Shown one piece after another: positions 1-14,600 of a DNA stretch of 64,000 bases. The DNA is from Eledone cirrhosa (Eukaryota). The translations under genes and the position numbers were made by a program. Positions within the stretch are counted from its first letter, which is position 1, and each line of letters begins with the position of its first letter. The notes beneath the pieces were generated by a model. The model searched no databases. It was not told where the DNA came from and saw only the letters and a program-made list of their open reading frames with translations. The stretch spans positions 203,732,001 through 203,796,000 of the forward strand of contig OZ024742.1 in the NCBI GenBank assembly GCA_964016885.1. The letters are read 5' to 3'.

Positions 1-1290
1 AAATACAGTCTGGCTTCCACTTATAGAAAGTCCAATTGACGTATGATCCACGAAATTAACGACTAAGGATGCACCATCATTTGAAGACCGAACTGAATCT
101 CTAAAATAGCGGCAAAGGTATTTTACACTTAACGGCCATAAGTCAGACTTTGATAGAAACTCCACTTTCCGGCTCATAAATCCTATGAAGTCCAACATCG
201 GGAGGATCTGTAAAATAATCTTGGATAGGATCTTACAGAAAGTAAAACAAGTGAGGTTCAGCCTCCGAGGGCTATTATCAAATACTGTTTAAATACATCT
301 CCCTCCGAATCTCACGCCTATCCGCCTATGTTTGGATTTTTCAGGAATATGCACCACACTACAATGTTGCCCTGCGGAAAAATGGATTCAATGAGGGACC
401 CACCTACTACACCCATTCCCCACCAACCGAGGACCTGGGAGACCCCACCGCACCCTAAATATTATCTTGTTTAACACTCCTCACAACGCTGAAGTCGCCA
501 CATGAATCACAAATACCGCATTTCCCGACGTCGAAGACGCTACTTTTTTCCTAAAATAATTCTCAAAATCTACCATGCGTCCTGGAGGCCGAAGGTTGTT
601 TATTATTTTTTTTCAAATTTTGGGTTGGCAAAATTGGGGTGCGTCCTCGAGGACGAAGCGTCTTCGGCGCCGGAAAATACGGTACCTTCTTTAAACTACT
701 GAATAAACACTTCTCCTTACACCACCGTAGCCACAAAATCTTCATCAAAAACTCAGTCAAACTCTCGTTAAGCACAACACCTAACTTCGCACAAACATCG
801 CCTTTTTCAATATAACTAAAATCAACTCTAGCAGAACACCCACACAGACTAAGACGTTATCCCAACCAGGCAATGCAAATACACCGACCCAAATAAATGC
901 CTTCTCGACACCAAATGCAGAGAAATGAATTTGGTATATAAATGTAACGTAATAACGGAGCAATCCAACAATGCCTATAAAGGCTTCACTGCTTGTGAAT
1001 TTAAAACAAGATTCCACCAACACTAACGCCAACACAGCTTATGAAACCTGGCCCGTAGAAACGCTACCAGACTATCCAGACACATATGGGACCTACGCCA
1101 TAACAATAAGACCTTCAAACTGCAATTAGAGTCTCTTCACAAAAGCCAGACCATACACCGGGAGTCACCTCCCGTGTAACCTCAGTTACGAGGGACGACA
1201 GCTCAACAAAAAGAGCGAACTCATCACTTCCAGCAAACACGGCATTTACAAGACCTACCTCTACCTCAGACCTCTACACGGCCCCAGAAG
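1..1290 (+). mobile_element. Degraded Naiad-type Penelope-like element (RT N-terminal part, thumb and GIY-YIG; RT core deleted)
   Basis: Manual translation across frameshifts gives FTLNGHKSDFDRNSTFRLINPMKSNIGRICKIILDRI (122-245), FKLLNKHFSLHHRSHKIF, and CKYTDPNKCLLDTKCREMNLVYKC..AYKGFTACEFKTRFHQH. These motifs are collinear with the Naiad-like ORFs at 37137-38366 and 54722-56600. Confidence 0.8.
516..682. mobile_element. Tc1/mariner-superfamily MITE inserted in the PLE
   Basis: ~25-bp imperfect TIRs (ccgcatttcccgacgtcgaagacgc / gcgtcttcggcgccggaaaatacgg) are flanked by TA on both sides. Removing the insert rejoins the PLE thumb-region coding sequence. Confidence 0.85.
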
Positions 1291-1399
1291 GTAAGACCAC
1301 TAATTACTATACACCCATTTCCCCTTTACACCCCCACCCCGTTGTACATACACACACATACATACCAACGCATAAATAATAATAAAAAAGAAGACGAGC

Positions 1400-3420
1400 A
1401 CTCTAAAACAGCTAAAGTTCCTTTGTTGGATCTTTTACTGGCCTACATGTACTGAAAGATCTTGTTGATAGTTGGTAAATCCATGACAATATATTGTATC
1501 TTTAATCTCGTTAGATTTTTAAAGACCTGCTTCAAGACTGATAGTTTCTGCATTGGAACAAATAGTGTTAAAGAGATTCTGGGTAATCTCCACAAGAACA
1601 TACAGGTAATTCTCTACGACCTGTTCTTTATAAAATATAGTCCAACTGCATATGACCCTTTCGAAGCTAGCATAGTCTTTGCTTATTAACATTATTCAGT
1701 ATCTAATACATTTTAAAAGTTGACAGAACTAGTTTAGACAATGGGGCATTGAGACTTGAGAGCTAATCTCTACATTCTTTCTAAATTTTTCCCACATTTG
1801 ACTAATCGTTTTAACTGAATGATGACTTGCGATGGGTTTGAAATATAGTCTGTATCTATTATTTCCCTTTGTGCTTCCTCTTTTACTAATTCACCTGCTT
1901 TCCTATTTCCCCTAATATATATTTAGCCTGGAATCCAAATCATCGTTATTTTCTCATAGATAGTTATCTATTCTTAGAACATACCCAATACCCCTAACCT
2001 GACCTATTTTTCTAGATTTACGTAGTTCTAAGTCTGATAAACTACCACAAAATAGAATATCTTTTCCCATGGCATTTCTTTGACCGAGTCAATGGATGAT
2101 ACCATTCCTAACTAAACTGCATCAAATATTGTAAAATCTTGGTGTAATCTGAAGCTCATATCTGTATTATCACTTTTGAAGGATCAAGTAGCTCCACACC
2201 CTACTCCATTTCCTGAATGTACCCCATCTCTATATCTGACCCACTTGTTAATACAATTTGATTGTGTTATAATGTCTGTTTATAATGTCTGTTTTGTGTT
2301 ATAATGTCTGTTATAATGTCTGATTGTGTTATAATGTCTGTTATAATGTCTGTTTTGTCTTAATTTTTTTTTTTTTTGCTGCCCTTTTTGAATTTTTTAT
2401 TGATATTTTAAATGATTTTAATTGTTCTCTCCTTGGATGAAGCCAAATATCATGTTGTTTCTTTCCATTTAAACAAATCAATTTACGCTTCCTCGATTCC
2501 TCTGTCACACGTAAGAAGGGATTAACTCTGCTTCAAGAAAAATCGATATTTGGCTGAAGATCTTAGACAATTCAATATAATGTTCCCTATTTGAGTACGA
2601 AATTGTTTGATAGTTTGAAGATAATCGGTACTTGTATCTCCTCATACCCAGCTGCCACACAGAAACTGAACGTTGATAACTCCCTTATATAATCTCAGCT
2701 ATATATTCTTGACAGTGGTATTCTCTGAAATAAATTTGAATTGCGAGTAAGGTTGAGGCCATGTTTTTGTTTTGTTCAGTGAATACTTGAGATGAGTTTT
2801 CGATTTCAAATCAGCAAATACCGATGTTATTTATGGAATTTGTTAGTTCATTAAATATATTTCATCACATTGATATTTGAAATGCTCTAAATTGAGAAAA
2901 TAAATCAACTGGATTTTAAAGATATCAAATTGTTGATCACTTTCGTTCGTCTATTTAGTTGTAGTTGATAGGGGCTGTGCCTAATTTAGTTTTGTTGTTT
3001 TTAATAATTGTTTCTACTTTAGGCACAAGGCCAGCAATTACCCAGTGCATTACTGGTACTTTATTTTATCGGATGAAATATATAAGTTGATATCATCTAC
3101 AAAACCTAATACTTTCATAATTTTATTTAGAGATGTACGCAAATCTGTTGTATAGAATGGAAAATAAATGAGTGAGATTGGTGAGCCCTGTGGGAGACCT
3201 TTGAAGATAGATAATTTTACTTTTCTTATTTCCAAGTATTAGTCTTGTACTACGATTAGTGACAAAGCTTTCAACCCAGTTGCAAAGATAGCAATTTCAA
3301 AGATCCCTTTATATCTAGTGAGATCAAGCTGGTTGATCTTTTTCAGTAGAGTTGAGTTTCTGATAAATGCAGACATTTCATCTACACTAATTGTCAGCGT
3401 TTACATTCACTCGAAATCCG
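1400..3420 (-). mobile_element. Highly decayed LINE with RT and RNase H remnants (I-group-like)
   Basis: ORF 3050-3235 has GLPQGSPIS...GFVDDI (RT motifs). The minus strand at 1880-2240 shows DG..GVGCG, TIFDA and IWIPG..GN RNase H motifs. There are many stops, and the boundaries are approximate. Confidence 0.65.
3003..3070 (-). mobile_element. 3' fragment of tRNA-derived SINE family A
   Basis: Matches the 3' end of the copy at 55854-56038 (gtttctactttaggcacaaggccagcaatta...). Confidence 0.8.
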
Positions 3421-3557
3421 AAATGAGATTTGGGGGGAAATGTCAAGTCTACATTGACTAACGAACAGTTTAGTATATCGGTATAATAAATGGCCGATCA
3501 CTTGCCTTAGAAGTCGTATCTCTCTCTCCTTTGATCATTCGATTGTAACCGACGTCT

Positions 3558-3745
3558 TTGGATTGGCAGTATCGGTAGAGGTCGGATGCCATGCTTTGCA
3601 GCATAGAGTTATGGCCCTTTATGATCTGAGTTCAAATCCCGCCGCGGTTAACTTTGCCTTTTACCCTTACGGGGTCGATAAAATAAAGCACCAGTAATGC
3701 ACTGGGATAATTGCTGGCCTTCTACCAAAAGCAAAAACAATTATC
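3558..3745 (+). mobile_element. tRNA-derived SINE family A
   Basis: Has an A-box-like TGGCAGTATCGG and a B-box GAGTTCAAATCC. The body ccttacggggtcgataaaataaag is shared with other copies in the window. Confidence 0.85.
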
Positions 3746-4257
3746 TTATTTATAAAATAGTATATTTAACGTGCAGCTGGCATTGAAGATTTGGTGATAA
3801 TCATGACCCATAAGGGTCATACCTTCGTTAGAAGGAATGTATTTCGATGTCCCTGATTCAACTAGATTATATTCTAGAAAGTTACATATATAAGTTACAT
3901 ATATAACCGTGTGGGTTAGTTTATATATTCATGTTGAATGGTTGACAAAACCAGATTTTTCTGCCTGATCATAGGTAGAAATTACCTTTCATCCTTCAGA
4001 GGTCGATAAAAAAAAGTACTCGTTCAGCACTAAGTTGATCCTTTCTCACTTCCTCTCTAACACTTTCTTTCCTTACTCTGGAAAATTAGGTCGTATTCAG
4101 ATCTGGTGAGGTGATGGGCTCCGACATGTTTAAACAAAATGCCCAAGGAACGCCGTAAGTCATTACAGTACCCTTACAATTCTACCAGGAGTTACGGGTC
4201 ATACATGCACACATGCTCACATACACACATGCAGCCAGGCATACACACATGCATACA

Positions 4258-4441
4258 TAACTGGCACTCCATCGGTTACGACGACGAGTGCTCCAGTTGA
4301 ACTGATTAATGGAACAGCCTGCTCATGAAATTAACGTGCAGGGGGTTGAGCATTCCACAGACACGCGTGCCCTTAATGTAGTTCTCAGGAAGATTCAGCG
4401 TGACACAGGGTGTGACAAGACTAGCTCTTCGAATTACAGGA
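4258..4441 (+). repeat. Interspersed repeat resembling a common octopod repeat
   Basis: actggcactcc..ggttacgacgacgag...gaaattaacgtgca...gattcagcgtgacacag was recognised from memory only. It is single-copy in this window. Confidence 0.45.
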
Positions 4442-5604
4442 ACATGCTATTAATTCATCTTTAGCGTTGTACAGTCATGTTAAAAGTTACATCTGGAGAG
4501 GATAAGTCATTCACTGATGTAATCATTTTGATAACTATTTAGTGGTGGGTGAATGTGGCGAAAATGGCCCGAGTAAACGGACTTTCTCTGTATATAAACC
4601 TGTAGGTTGAGGAATACAAAAACAGGGAAGACGGGAACACCTACGTGCTCCTGGTGTTGAGCGTTGTTCTATCAACGGGGTGTAAAACAACCCCGCAGTA
4701 ACGTTCCCTCCTATTGGGGATTTCGAATGTTAATTTTTTAATATATAGTTTATTGTTATTTATTAATGTTAAAGTTTATACGATTTCATGTAAAACACCC
4801 GCCGTCACGTCTTGTAATGTCCCATTTATTGTACACCCTTGTGGCAAATAAAGAAATATATCTATTTAGTGACGATCGGTTGGTTAATTTAATCTCAGAT
4901 ATATGTACATATGATGGCTGTTACACCTCTTGGAATTCTCTCATGGTAATCGAAATAGAAGTTAAACAAAAGCTGTTACTGTTACTTCTAGGCTGTTTTA
5001 ATCTGTTTCTTAGATTGAGTTGGTTGGACTGACTTGTTCAGCACATCTCCCTCGGTATTCACTGGGATAAAACGTTCGCAATTCTGTCCACCAGGACCAT
5101 GAGGAGGTAACATCTATCTGATATTTCTCAAAAGGTATGAGAGGATATAATTTGTAATGTGGGTCCTTCATCATTTGAATCCTGACAATTTATAGAACCA
5201 ATTTAATAGTAAGCTACAACCATTGGTTAAAATATAGAGCTATAGCAGAATATGATTATATAGTAATGATATTGGAATTTATTTTGTAAAGACAATTTAT
5301 AAGAGTTTACAAAGTTTAAACCATTTGGATTTATGTGGAAACTAGGATTGCCTCATCATTTAATAGCAAAAGTAGAATTGGTTTAGGACATTCTGTCTTT
5401 GATCTCCTTAATTGTTTTGATGGAAACAATAGAACAACTCAGTACACATCAATTATCGATATAACCACGCGTTCATCGATCAGTTATTTTTGTCTCTAGT
5501 GTATGCATTATAGTCATTAATCTAGGGTTGGAGATCTTCCAAAATGGAGATCAGTGAAAATACACTGAATCCACAATTAAAAACTTGTCCAATCTATACG
5601 GCTA

Positions 5605-8600
5605 TGTCACTGTCACTGTCTCGCACCCACAGTGTCACTCTCCTTGTCTCCCACCCACAGTGTCACTGTCACTGTCTCGCACCCACAGTGAACTCTCCCT
5701 GTCTCCCACCCAGTGTCACTCTCCCTGTCTCCCATCCACAGTGTCACTCTCCCTGTCTCACACCCACAGTGTCACTCTCCCTGTCTCCCACCCACAGTGT
5801 CACTGTCACTGTCTCGCACCCACAGTCACTCTCCCTGTCTCCAACCCACAGTGTCACTCTCCCTGTCTCCAACCCACAGTGTCACTGTCACTGTCTCGCA
5901 CCCAGAGTGTCACTCTCCCTATCTCGCACCCACAGTGTCACTCTCCCTGTCCCCCACCCACAGTGTCACTATCACTGTCTCCCACACTACCACTGTCCCT
6001 GTCCCCCACACTACCACTGTCCCTGTCCCTCAGACTACCACAGTCCCTGTCCCCCACACTACCACTGTCCCTGTCCCCCACACTACCACTGTCCCTGTCT
6101 CCTACACTATCACTGTCCCTGTCTCCCACACTACCACTGTCCCTGTCCCCCACTACCACAGTCCCTGCCCCCACACTATCACTGTCCCTGTTCCCCCACA
6201 CTACCACTGTCCCTGTTCCCCACACTACCACAGTCCCTGTCCCCCACACTACCACTGTCCCTGTCTCCCACACTACCACTGTCCCTGTCTCCCACACTAC
6301 CACTGTCCCTGTCCCCCACACTACCACTGTCCCTGTCCCCCACACTACCACTCGCCCTATCCCCCACACTACCACTGTCCATGTCCCCCACACTACCACT
6401 GTCCCTGTCCCCTACACTACCACAGTCCCTGTCCCCCACACTACCACTGTCCCTGTCTCCCACACTACCACTGTCCCTGTCCCCCACTACCACAGTCCCT
6501 GCCCCCACACTATCACTGCCCCTGTCCCCCACACTACCACTGCCCCTGTCCCCTACACTACCACTGTCCCTGTCCCCCACACTACCACTGTCCCTGTCAC
6601 CCACACTACCACTGTCCCTGTCTCCCACACTACCACTGTCCCTGTCCCCCACACTACCACTGTCCCTGTCCCCCAAACTACCATTGTCCCTGTCCCCCAC
6701 ACTACCACTGTCCCTGTCCCCCACACTAGCACTGTCCCTGTCCCCCAAACTACCACTGTCCCTGTCTCCCACACTACCACTGTCCCTGTCCCCCACACTA
6801 TCACTGCCCCTGTCCCCTACACTACCACAGTCCATGTTCCCCACACTACCACTGTCCCTGTCCCCCACACTACCACTGTCCGCTACACTACCACTGTCCC
6901 TGTCCCCCACACTGCTACTGTCCCTGTCCCCTACAATACCACTGTCCCTGTCCCCCACACTGCTACTGCCCCTGTCCCCTACACTACCACTGTCCCTGTC
7001 CCTCACACTACCACTGTCCCTGTCCCCTACACTACCACTGTCCCTATCCCCCACACTACCACTGTCCCTGTCCCCCACACTACCACTGTCCCTGTCCCCC
7101 ACACTACCACTGTCCCTGTGCCCACACTACCACAGTTCCTGCCCCCCACACTACCACAGTCCCTGTCCCCCACTCTACCACTGTCCCTGTCCCCCACACT
7201 ACCACTGTCCTGTCCCCTACACTACCTCTGTCCCTGTCCCCCACACTACCACTGTCCCTATCCCCCACACTACCACTGTCCCTGTCCCCCACACTACCAC
7301 TGTCCCTGTCCCCCGCAGTAGCATAGTCCCTGTCCCTCACACTACCACCGTCCCTGTCCCCTACACTACCACTGTCCCTTTCCCCTACACTACCACTGTC
7401 CCTGTCCCCCACACTACCACTGTCCCTGTCCCCCACACTACCACTGTCCCTGTCCCCCACACCACCACTGTCCCTGTCCCCCCACACTACCACTGTCCCT
7501 GTCCCCCACACTACCATTGTCCCTGTCCCCCACACTACCACTGTCCCTGTTCCCCTACACTACCACTGTCCCTATGCCCCACATTACCACAGTCCCTGTC
7601 CCCCACACTACCACTGCCCCTGTCCCCATCACTACCACAGTCCCTGTCCCCCACACTACCACTGTACCTGTCCCCCACACTACCACTGTCCCTGCCCCTC
7701 ACACTACCACAGTCCCTGTCCCCCACACTACCACAATCCCTGTCCCCCACACTACCACAATCCCTGTCCCCCACACTACCACTGTCCCTGTCCCCCACAC
7801 TACCACCGTCCCTGTCCCCCCCACACTACCACTGTCCCTGTCCCCACACTACCACAGTCCCTGTCCCCCACACTACCACTGTCCCTGTCCCCCACACTAC
7901 CACTGTCCCTGTCCCCCACACTGCCACTGTCCCTGTCCCCCACACTACCACAGTCCCTGTCCCCCACACTACCACTGTCCCTGTCCCCCACACTGCCACT
8001 GTCCCTGTCCCCCACACTACCACAGTCCCTGTCCCCCACACTACCACTGTGCCTGTCCCCCCACACTACCACTGTCCCTGTCCCCCACACTACCACTGTC
8101 CCTGTCCCCCACACTACCACTGTCCCCTACACTACCACAGTCCCTGCCCCCCACACTACCACAGTCCCTGTCCCCCACACTACCACTGTCCCCCACACTA
8201 CCACTGTCCCTGTCCCCCACACTGCTACTGTCCCTGTCCCCTACAATACCACTGTCCCTGTCCCCCACACTACCACTGTCCCTGTCCCCCACACTGCTAC
8301 TGCCCCTGTCCCCTACACTACCACTGTCCCTGTCCCTCACACTACCACTGTCCCTGTCGGCCACACTACCACTGTCCCTGTCCCCCACACTACCACAATC
8401 CCTGTCCCCCACATTACCACTGTCCCTGTCCCCCACACTACCACTGACCCTGTACCCCACACTACCACTGTCCCTGTCCTCCACACTACCACTGTCCCTG
8501 TCCCCCACTACCACAGTCCCTGCCCCCACACTATCACTGTCCCTGTTCCCCCACACTACCACTGTCCCTGTTCCCCCACACTACCACAGTCCCTGTCCCC

Positions 8601-11600
8601 CACACTACCACTGTCCCTGTCTCCCACACTACCACTGTCCCTGTCTCCCACACTACCACTGTCCCTGTCCCCCACACTACCACTGTCCCTGTCCCCCACA
8701 CTACCACTGTCCCTGTCTCCCACACTACCACTGTCCCTGTCCCTCACTACCACAGTCCCTGCCCCCACACTATCACTGTCCCTGTCCCCCACACTACCAC
8801 TGTTCCTGTCCCCCACACTACCACTGTCCCTGTCCCCCACTACCACAGTCCCTGCCCCCACACTATCACTGTCCCTGTCCCCCACACTACCACTGTCCCT
8901 GTCCCCCACACTAGCACTGTCCCTGTCCCCCAAACTACCACTGTCCCTGTCTCCCACACTACCACTGTCCCTGTCCCCCACACTACTACTGTCACTGTCC
9001 CCCACACTACCACTGTCCCTGTCCCCCACACTACCACTCGCCCTATCCGCCACACTACCACTGTCCCTGTCTCCCACACTACCACTGTCCCTGTCCCCCA
9101 CTACCACAGTCCCTGCCCCCACACTATCACTGTCCCTGTTCCCCCACACTACCACTGTTCCTGTCCCCCACACTACCACTGTCCCTGTCCCCCACACTAG
9201 CACTGTCCCTGTCCCCCAAACTACCACTGTCCCTGTCTCCCACACTACCACTGTCCCTGTCCCCCACACTATCACTGCCCCTGTCCCCTACACTACCACA
9301 GTCCATGTTCCCCACACTACCACTGTCCCTGTCCCCCACACTACCACTGTCCCCTACACTACCACTGTCCCCGTCCCCCACACTGCTACTGCCCCTGTCC
9401 CCTACAATACCACTGTCCCTTTTCCCCACACTACCACTGTCCCTGTCCCCCACACTGCTACTGCCCCTGTCCCCTACAATACCACTGTCCCTTTTCCCCA
9501 CACTACCACTGTCCCTGTCCCCCACACTGCTACTGTCCCTGTCCCCTACAATACCACTGTCCCTTTTCCCCACACTACCACTGTCCCTGTCCCCCACACT
9601 GCTACTGCCCCTGTCCCCTACACTACCACTGTCCCTGTCCCTCACACTACCACTGTCCCTATCCCCCACACTACCACTGTCCTTTTCCCCCACACTACCA
9701 GTGTCCCTATCCCCCACACTACCACTGTCCCTGTCCCCCACACTACCACTGTCCCTGTCCCCCACACTACCACTGTCCCTATCCCCCACACTACCACTGT
9801 CCCTGTCCCCCACACTACCACTGTCCCTGTCCCCCACACTACCACTGTCCCTGTCCCCCACACTGCTACTGCCCCTGTCCCCCACACTACCACTGTCCCT
9901 ATCCCCCACACTACCACTGTCCCTGTCCCCCACACTACCACTGTCCCTATCCCCCACACTACCACTGTCCCTGTCCCCCACACTACCACTGTCCCTGTTC
10001 CCCACACTACCACTGTCCCTGTCCCCCACACTACCACTGTCCCTATCCCCCACACTACCACTGTCCCTGTCCCCCACACTACCAGTGTCCCTATCCCCCA
10101 CACTACCACTGTCACTGTCCCCCACACTACCACTGTCCCTGTCCCCCACACTACCACTGTCCCTGTCCCCCACACTACCACTGTCCCTGTCCCCCACACT
10201 ACCACTGTCCCTGTCCCCCACACTACCAGTGTCCCTATCCCCCACACTACCACTGTCCCTGTCCCCCACACTACCACTGTCCCTATCCCCCACACTACCA
10301 CTGTCCCTGTCCCCCACACTACCACTGTCCCTGTCCCCCACACTACCAGTGTCCCTATCCCCCACACTACCACTGTCCCTGTCCCCCACACTACCACTGT
10401 CCCTATCCCCCACCCTACCACTGTCCCTGTCCCCCACACTACTACTGTCCCTGTCCCCCACACTACCACTGTCCCTGTCCCCCGCACTAGCATAGTCCCT
10501 GTCCCTCACACTACCACAGTCCCTGTCCCCCCACACTACCACTGTCCCTGTCCTCCACTCTACCACTGTCCCTGTCCCCATACACTACCACTGTCCCTGT
10601 CCCCCACACTACCACAGTCCCTGTCCCCCACACTACCACTGCCCCTGTCCCCCACACTACCACCTTCCCTGTCCCCTACACTACCACTGTCCCTGTCCCC
10701 TACACTACCACTGTCCCTGTCCCCCCACACCACCACTGTCCCTGTCCCCCCACACTACCACTGTCCCTGTCCCCCACACTACCATTGTCCCTGTCCCCCA
10801 CACTACCACTGTCCCTGTCCCCCACACTACCACTGTCCCTGTCCTCCACACTACCACTGTCCCTGTCCCCCCACACTACCACTGTCCCTGTCCCCCACAC
10901 TACCATTGTCCCTGTCCCCCACACTACCACTGTCCCTGTCCCCCACACTACCATTGTCCCTGTCCCCCACAATACCACTGTCCCTGTCCTCCACACTACC
11001 ACTGTCCCTGTCCCCCACACTACCATTGTCCCTGTCCCCCACACTACCACTGTCCCTGTCCCCCACACTACCACTGTCCCTGTCCCCCCACACTACCACT
11101 GTCCCTGTCCCCCACACTACCACTGTCCCTGTCCTCCACACTACCACTGTCCCTGTCCCCCCACACTACCACTGTCCCTGTCCCCCACACTACCACTGTC
11201 CCTGCCCCCCACACTACCATTGTCCCTGTCCCCCACACTACCACTGTCCCTGTCCTCCACACTACCACTGTCCCTGTCCCCCACACTACCATTGTCCCTG
11301 TCCCCCACACTACCACTGTCCCTGTCCCCCACACTACCACTGTCCCTGTCCCCCACACTACCACTGTCCCTGTCCTCCACACTACCACTGTCCCTGTCCC
11401 CCCACACTACCACTGTCCCTGTCCCCCACACTACCACTGTCCCTGTACCCCACACTACCATTGTCCCTGTCCCCCACACTACCACCGTCCCTGTCCCCTA
11501 CACTACCACTGTCCCTGTCCCCTACACTACCACTGTCCCTGTCCCCCCACACCACCACTGTCCCTGTCCCCCCACACTACCACTGTCCCTGTCCCCCACA

Positions 11601-14600
11601 CTACCATTGTCCCTGTCCCCCACACTACCACTGTCCCTGTCCCCCCACACTACCACTGTCCATGTGCCCACACTACCACAGTTCCTGCCCCCCACACTAC
11701 CACAGTCCCTGTCCCCCACTCTACCACTGTCCCTGTCCCCCACACTACCACTGTCCTGTCCCCTACACTACCACTGTCCCTGTCCCCCACACTACCACTG
11801 TCCCTATCCCCCACACTACCACTGTCCCTATCCCCCACACTACCACTGTCCCTGTCCCCCCACACTACCACTGTCCCTGTCCCCCGCAGTAGCATAGTCC
11901 CTGTCCCTCACACTACCACTGTCCCTTTCCCCTACACTACCACTGTCCCTGTCCCCCGCAGTAGCATAGTCCCTGTCCCCCCACACTACCACTGTCCCTG
12001 TCCCCCCACACCACCACTGTCCCTGTCCCCCCACACTACCACTGTCCCTGTCCCCCACACTACCATTGTCCCTGTCCCCCACACTACCACTGTCCCTGTT
12101 CCCCTACACTACCACTGTCCCTATGCCCCACACTACCACAGTCCCTGTCCCCCACACTACCACTGCCCCTGTCCCCATCACTACCACAGTCCCTGTCCCC
12201 CACACTACCACTGTCCCTGTCCCCCACACTACCACTGTCCCTGCCCCTCACACTACCACAGTCCCTGTCCCCCACACTACCACAATCCCTGTCCCCCACA
12301 CTACCACAATCCCTGTCCCCCACACTACCACTGTCCCTGTCCCCCACACTACCACCGTCCCTGTCCCCCCACACTACCACTGTCCCTGTCCCCACACTAC
12401 CACAGTCCCTGTCCCCCACACTACCACTGTCCCTGTCCCCCACACTACCATTATCCCTGTCCCCCCACACTACCACTGTCCCTGTCCCCCACACTAGCAC
12501 TGTCCCTGTCCCCCACACTACCACAGTCCCTGTCCCCCACACTACCACTGTCCCTGTCCCCCCACACTACCACTGTCCCTGCCCCCCACACTACCACTGT
12601 CCCTGTCCCCCACACTACCACTGTCCCCTACACTACCACAGTCCCTGCCCCCACACTACCACAGTCCCTGTCCCCCACACTACCACTGTCCCTGTCCCCC
12701 CACACTACCACTGTCCCTGTCCCCCACACTACCACTGTCCCTGTCCCCCACACTACCACTGTCCCTGTCCCCCACACTACCACTGTCCCTGTCTCCCACA
12801 CTACCTCAATCCCTGTCCCCCACACTACCACTGTCCCTGTCCCCCACACTACCACTGTCCCTGTCCCCCACACTACCACTGTCCCTGTCCCCCACACTAC
12901 CATTGTCCCTGTCCCCCACACTACCACTGTCCCTGTCCCCCACACTACCACTGCCCCTGTACCCCACACTACCACAATCCCTGTCCCCCACACTACCACT
13001 GTCCCTGTCCCCCACACTACCACTGCCCCTGTCCCCCACACTACCACAATCCCTGTCCCCCACACTACCACTGTCCCTGTCCCCCACACTACCACTGCCC
13101 CTGTACCCCACACTACCACTGTCCCTGTCATCCACACTACCACTGTCCTGTCATCCACACTACCACTGTCCCTGTCCCCCACACTACCACTGTCCCTGTC
13201 CCCCACACTACCACTGTCCCTGTCCCCCACACTACCACTGTCCCTGTCCCCCACACTACCACTGTCCCTGTCCCCCACACTACCACTGTCCCTGTCCCCC
13301 ACACTACCACAGTCCCTGTCCCCTACACTACCACTGTCCCTGTCCCCCACACTACCACTGTCCCTATCCCCCACACTACCACTGTCCCTGTCCCCCACAC
13401 TACCACTGTCCCTGTCCCCCACACTACCACTGTCCCTGTCCCCCACACTACCACTGTCCCTGTCCCCCACACTACCACTGTCCCTGTCCCCCGCACTAGC
13501 ATAGTCCCTGTCCCTCACACTACCACAGTCCCTGTCCCCCCACACTACCACTGTCCCTGTCCTCCACTCTACCACTGTCCCTGTCCCCTACACTACCACT
13601 GTCCCTGTCCCCTACACTACCACAGTCCCTGTCCCCCACACTACCACTGCCCCTGTCCCCCCACACTACCACCGTCCCTGTCCCCTACACTACCACTGTC
13701 CCTTTCCCCTACACTACCACTGTCCCTGTCCCCCCACACCACCACTGTCCCTGTCCCCCCACACTACCACTGCCCCTGTCTCCCACACTACCACCGTCCC
13801 TGTCCCCTACACTACCACTGTCCCTGTCCCCCACACTACCACAGTCCCTGTCCCCTACACTACCACTGTCCCTTTCCCCTACACTACCACTGTCCCTGTC
13901 CCCCCACACCACCACTGTCCCTGTCCCCCCATACTACCACTGTCCCTGTCCCCCACACTACCACTGTCCCTGTCCCCCGCACTACCACTGTCCCTGTCCC
14001 CCACACTACCACTGTCCCTGTCCCCCACACTACCACTGTCCCTGTTCCCCTACACTACCACTGTCCCTATGCCCCACACTACCACAGTCCCTGTCCCCCA
14101 CACTACCACTGCCCCTGTCCCCATCACTACCACAGTCCCTGTCCCCCACACTACCACTGTCCCTGTCCCCCACACTACCACTGTCCCTGTCCCCCACACT
14201 ACCACTGTCCCTGCCCCTCACACTACCACAGTCCCTGTCCCCCACACTACCACTGTCCCTGTCCCCCACACTACCACAATACCTGTCCCCCACACTACCA
14301 CTGTCCCTGTCCCCCACACTACCACTATCCCTGTCCCCCACACTACCACTGTCCCTGTCCCCCACACTACCACAGTCCCTGTCCCCCACACTACCACTGT
14401 CCCTGTCCTCCACACTACCACTGTCCCTGTCCCCCACACTACCACTGGCCCTATCCCACTGTCCCTGTCCCCCCACACTACCACTGTCCCTGTCCTCCAC
14501 ACTACCACTGTCCCTGTCCCTCACACTACCACTGTCCCTGTCCCCCACACTACCACTGTCCCTGTCCCCCACACTATCACTGTCCCTGTCCCACACACTA

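Noticed and set aside
3558-3660. tRNA genes at A/B-box sites
   Set aside because: There is no cloverleaf. The boxes belong to multi-copy SINE heads, one of which has a TSD.
5014-5134. Plus-strand coding exon with strong splice signals
   Set aside because: All three frames contain stops. An overlapping minus-strand 57-codon stretch has no independent support.
5627-5970. Repeated CACAGTG as RAG/Transib recombination signals
   Set aside because: The heptamer is just part of the tandem unit. There is no nonamer at 12/23 spacing and no inverted partner.
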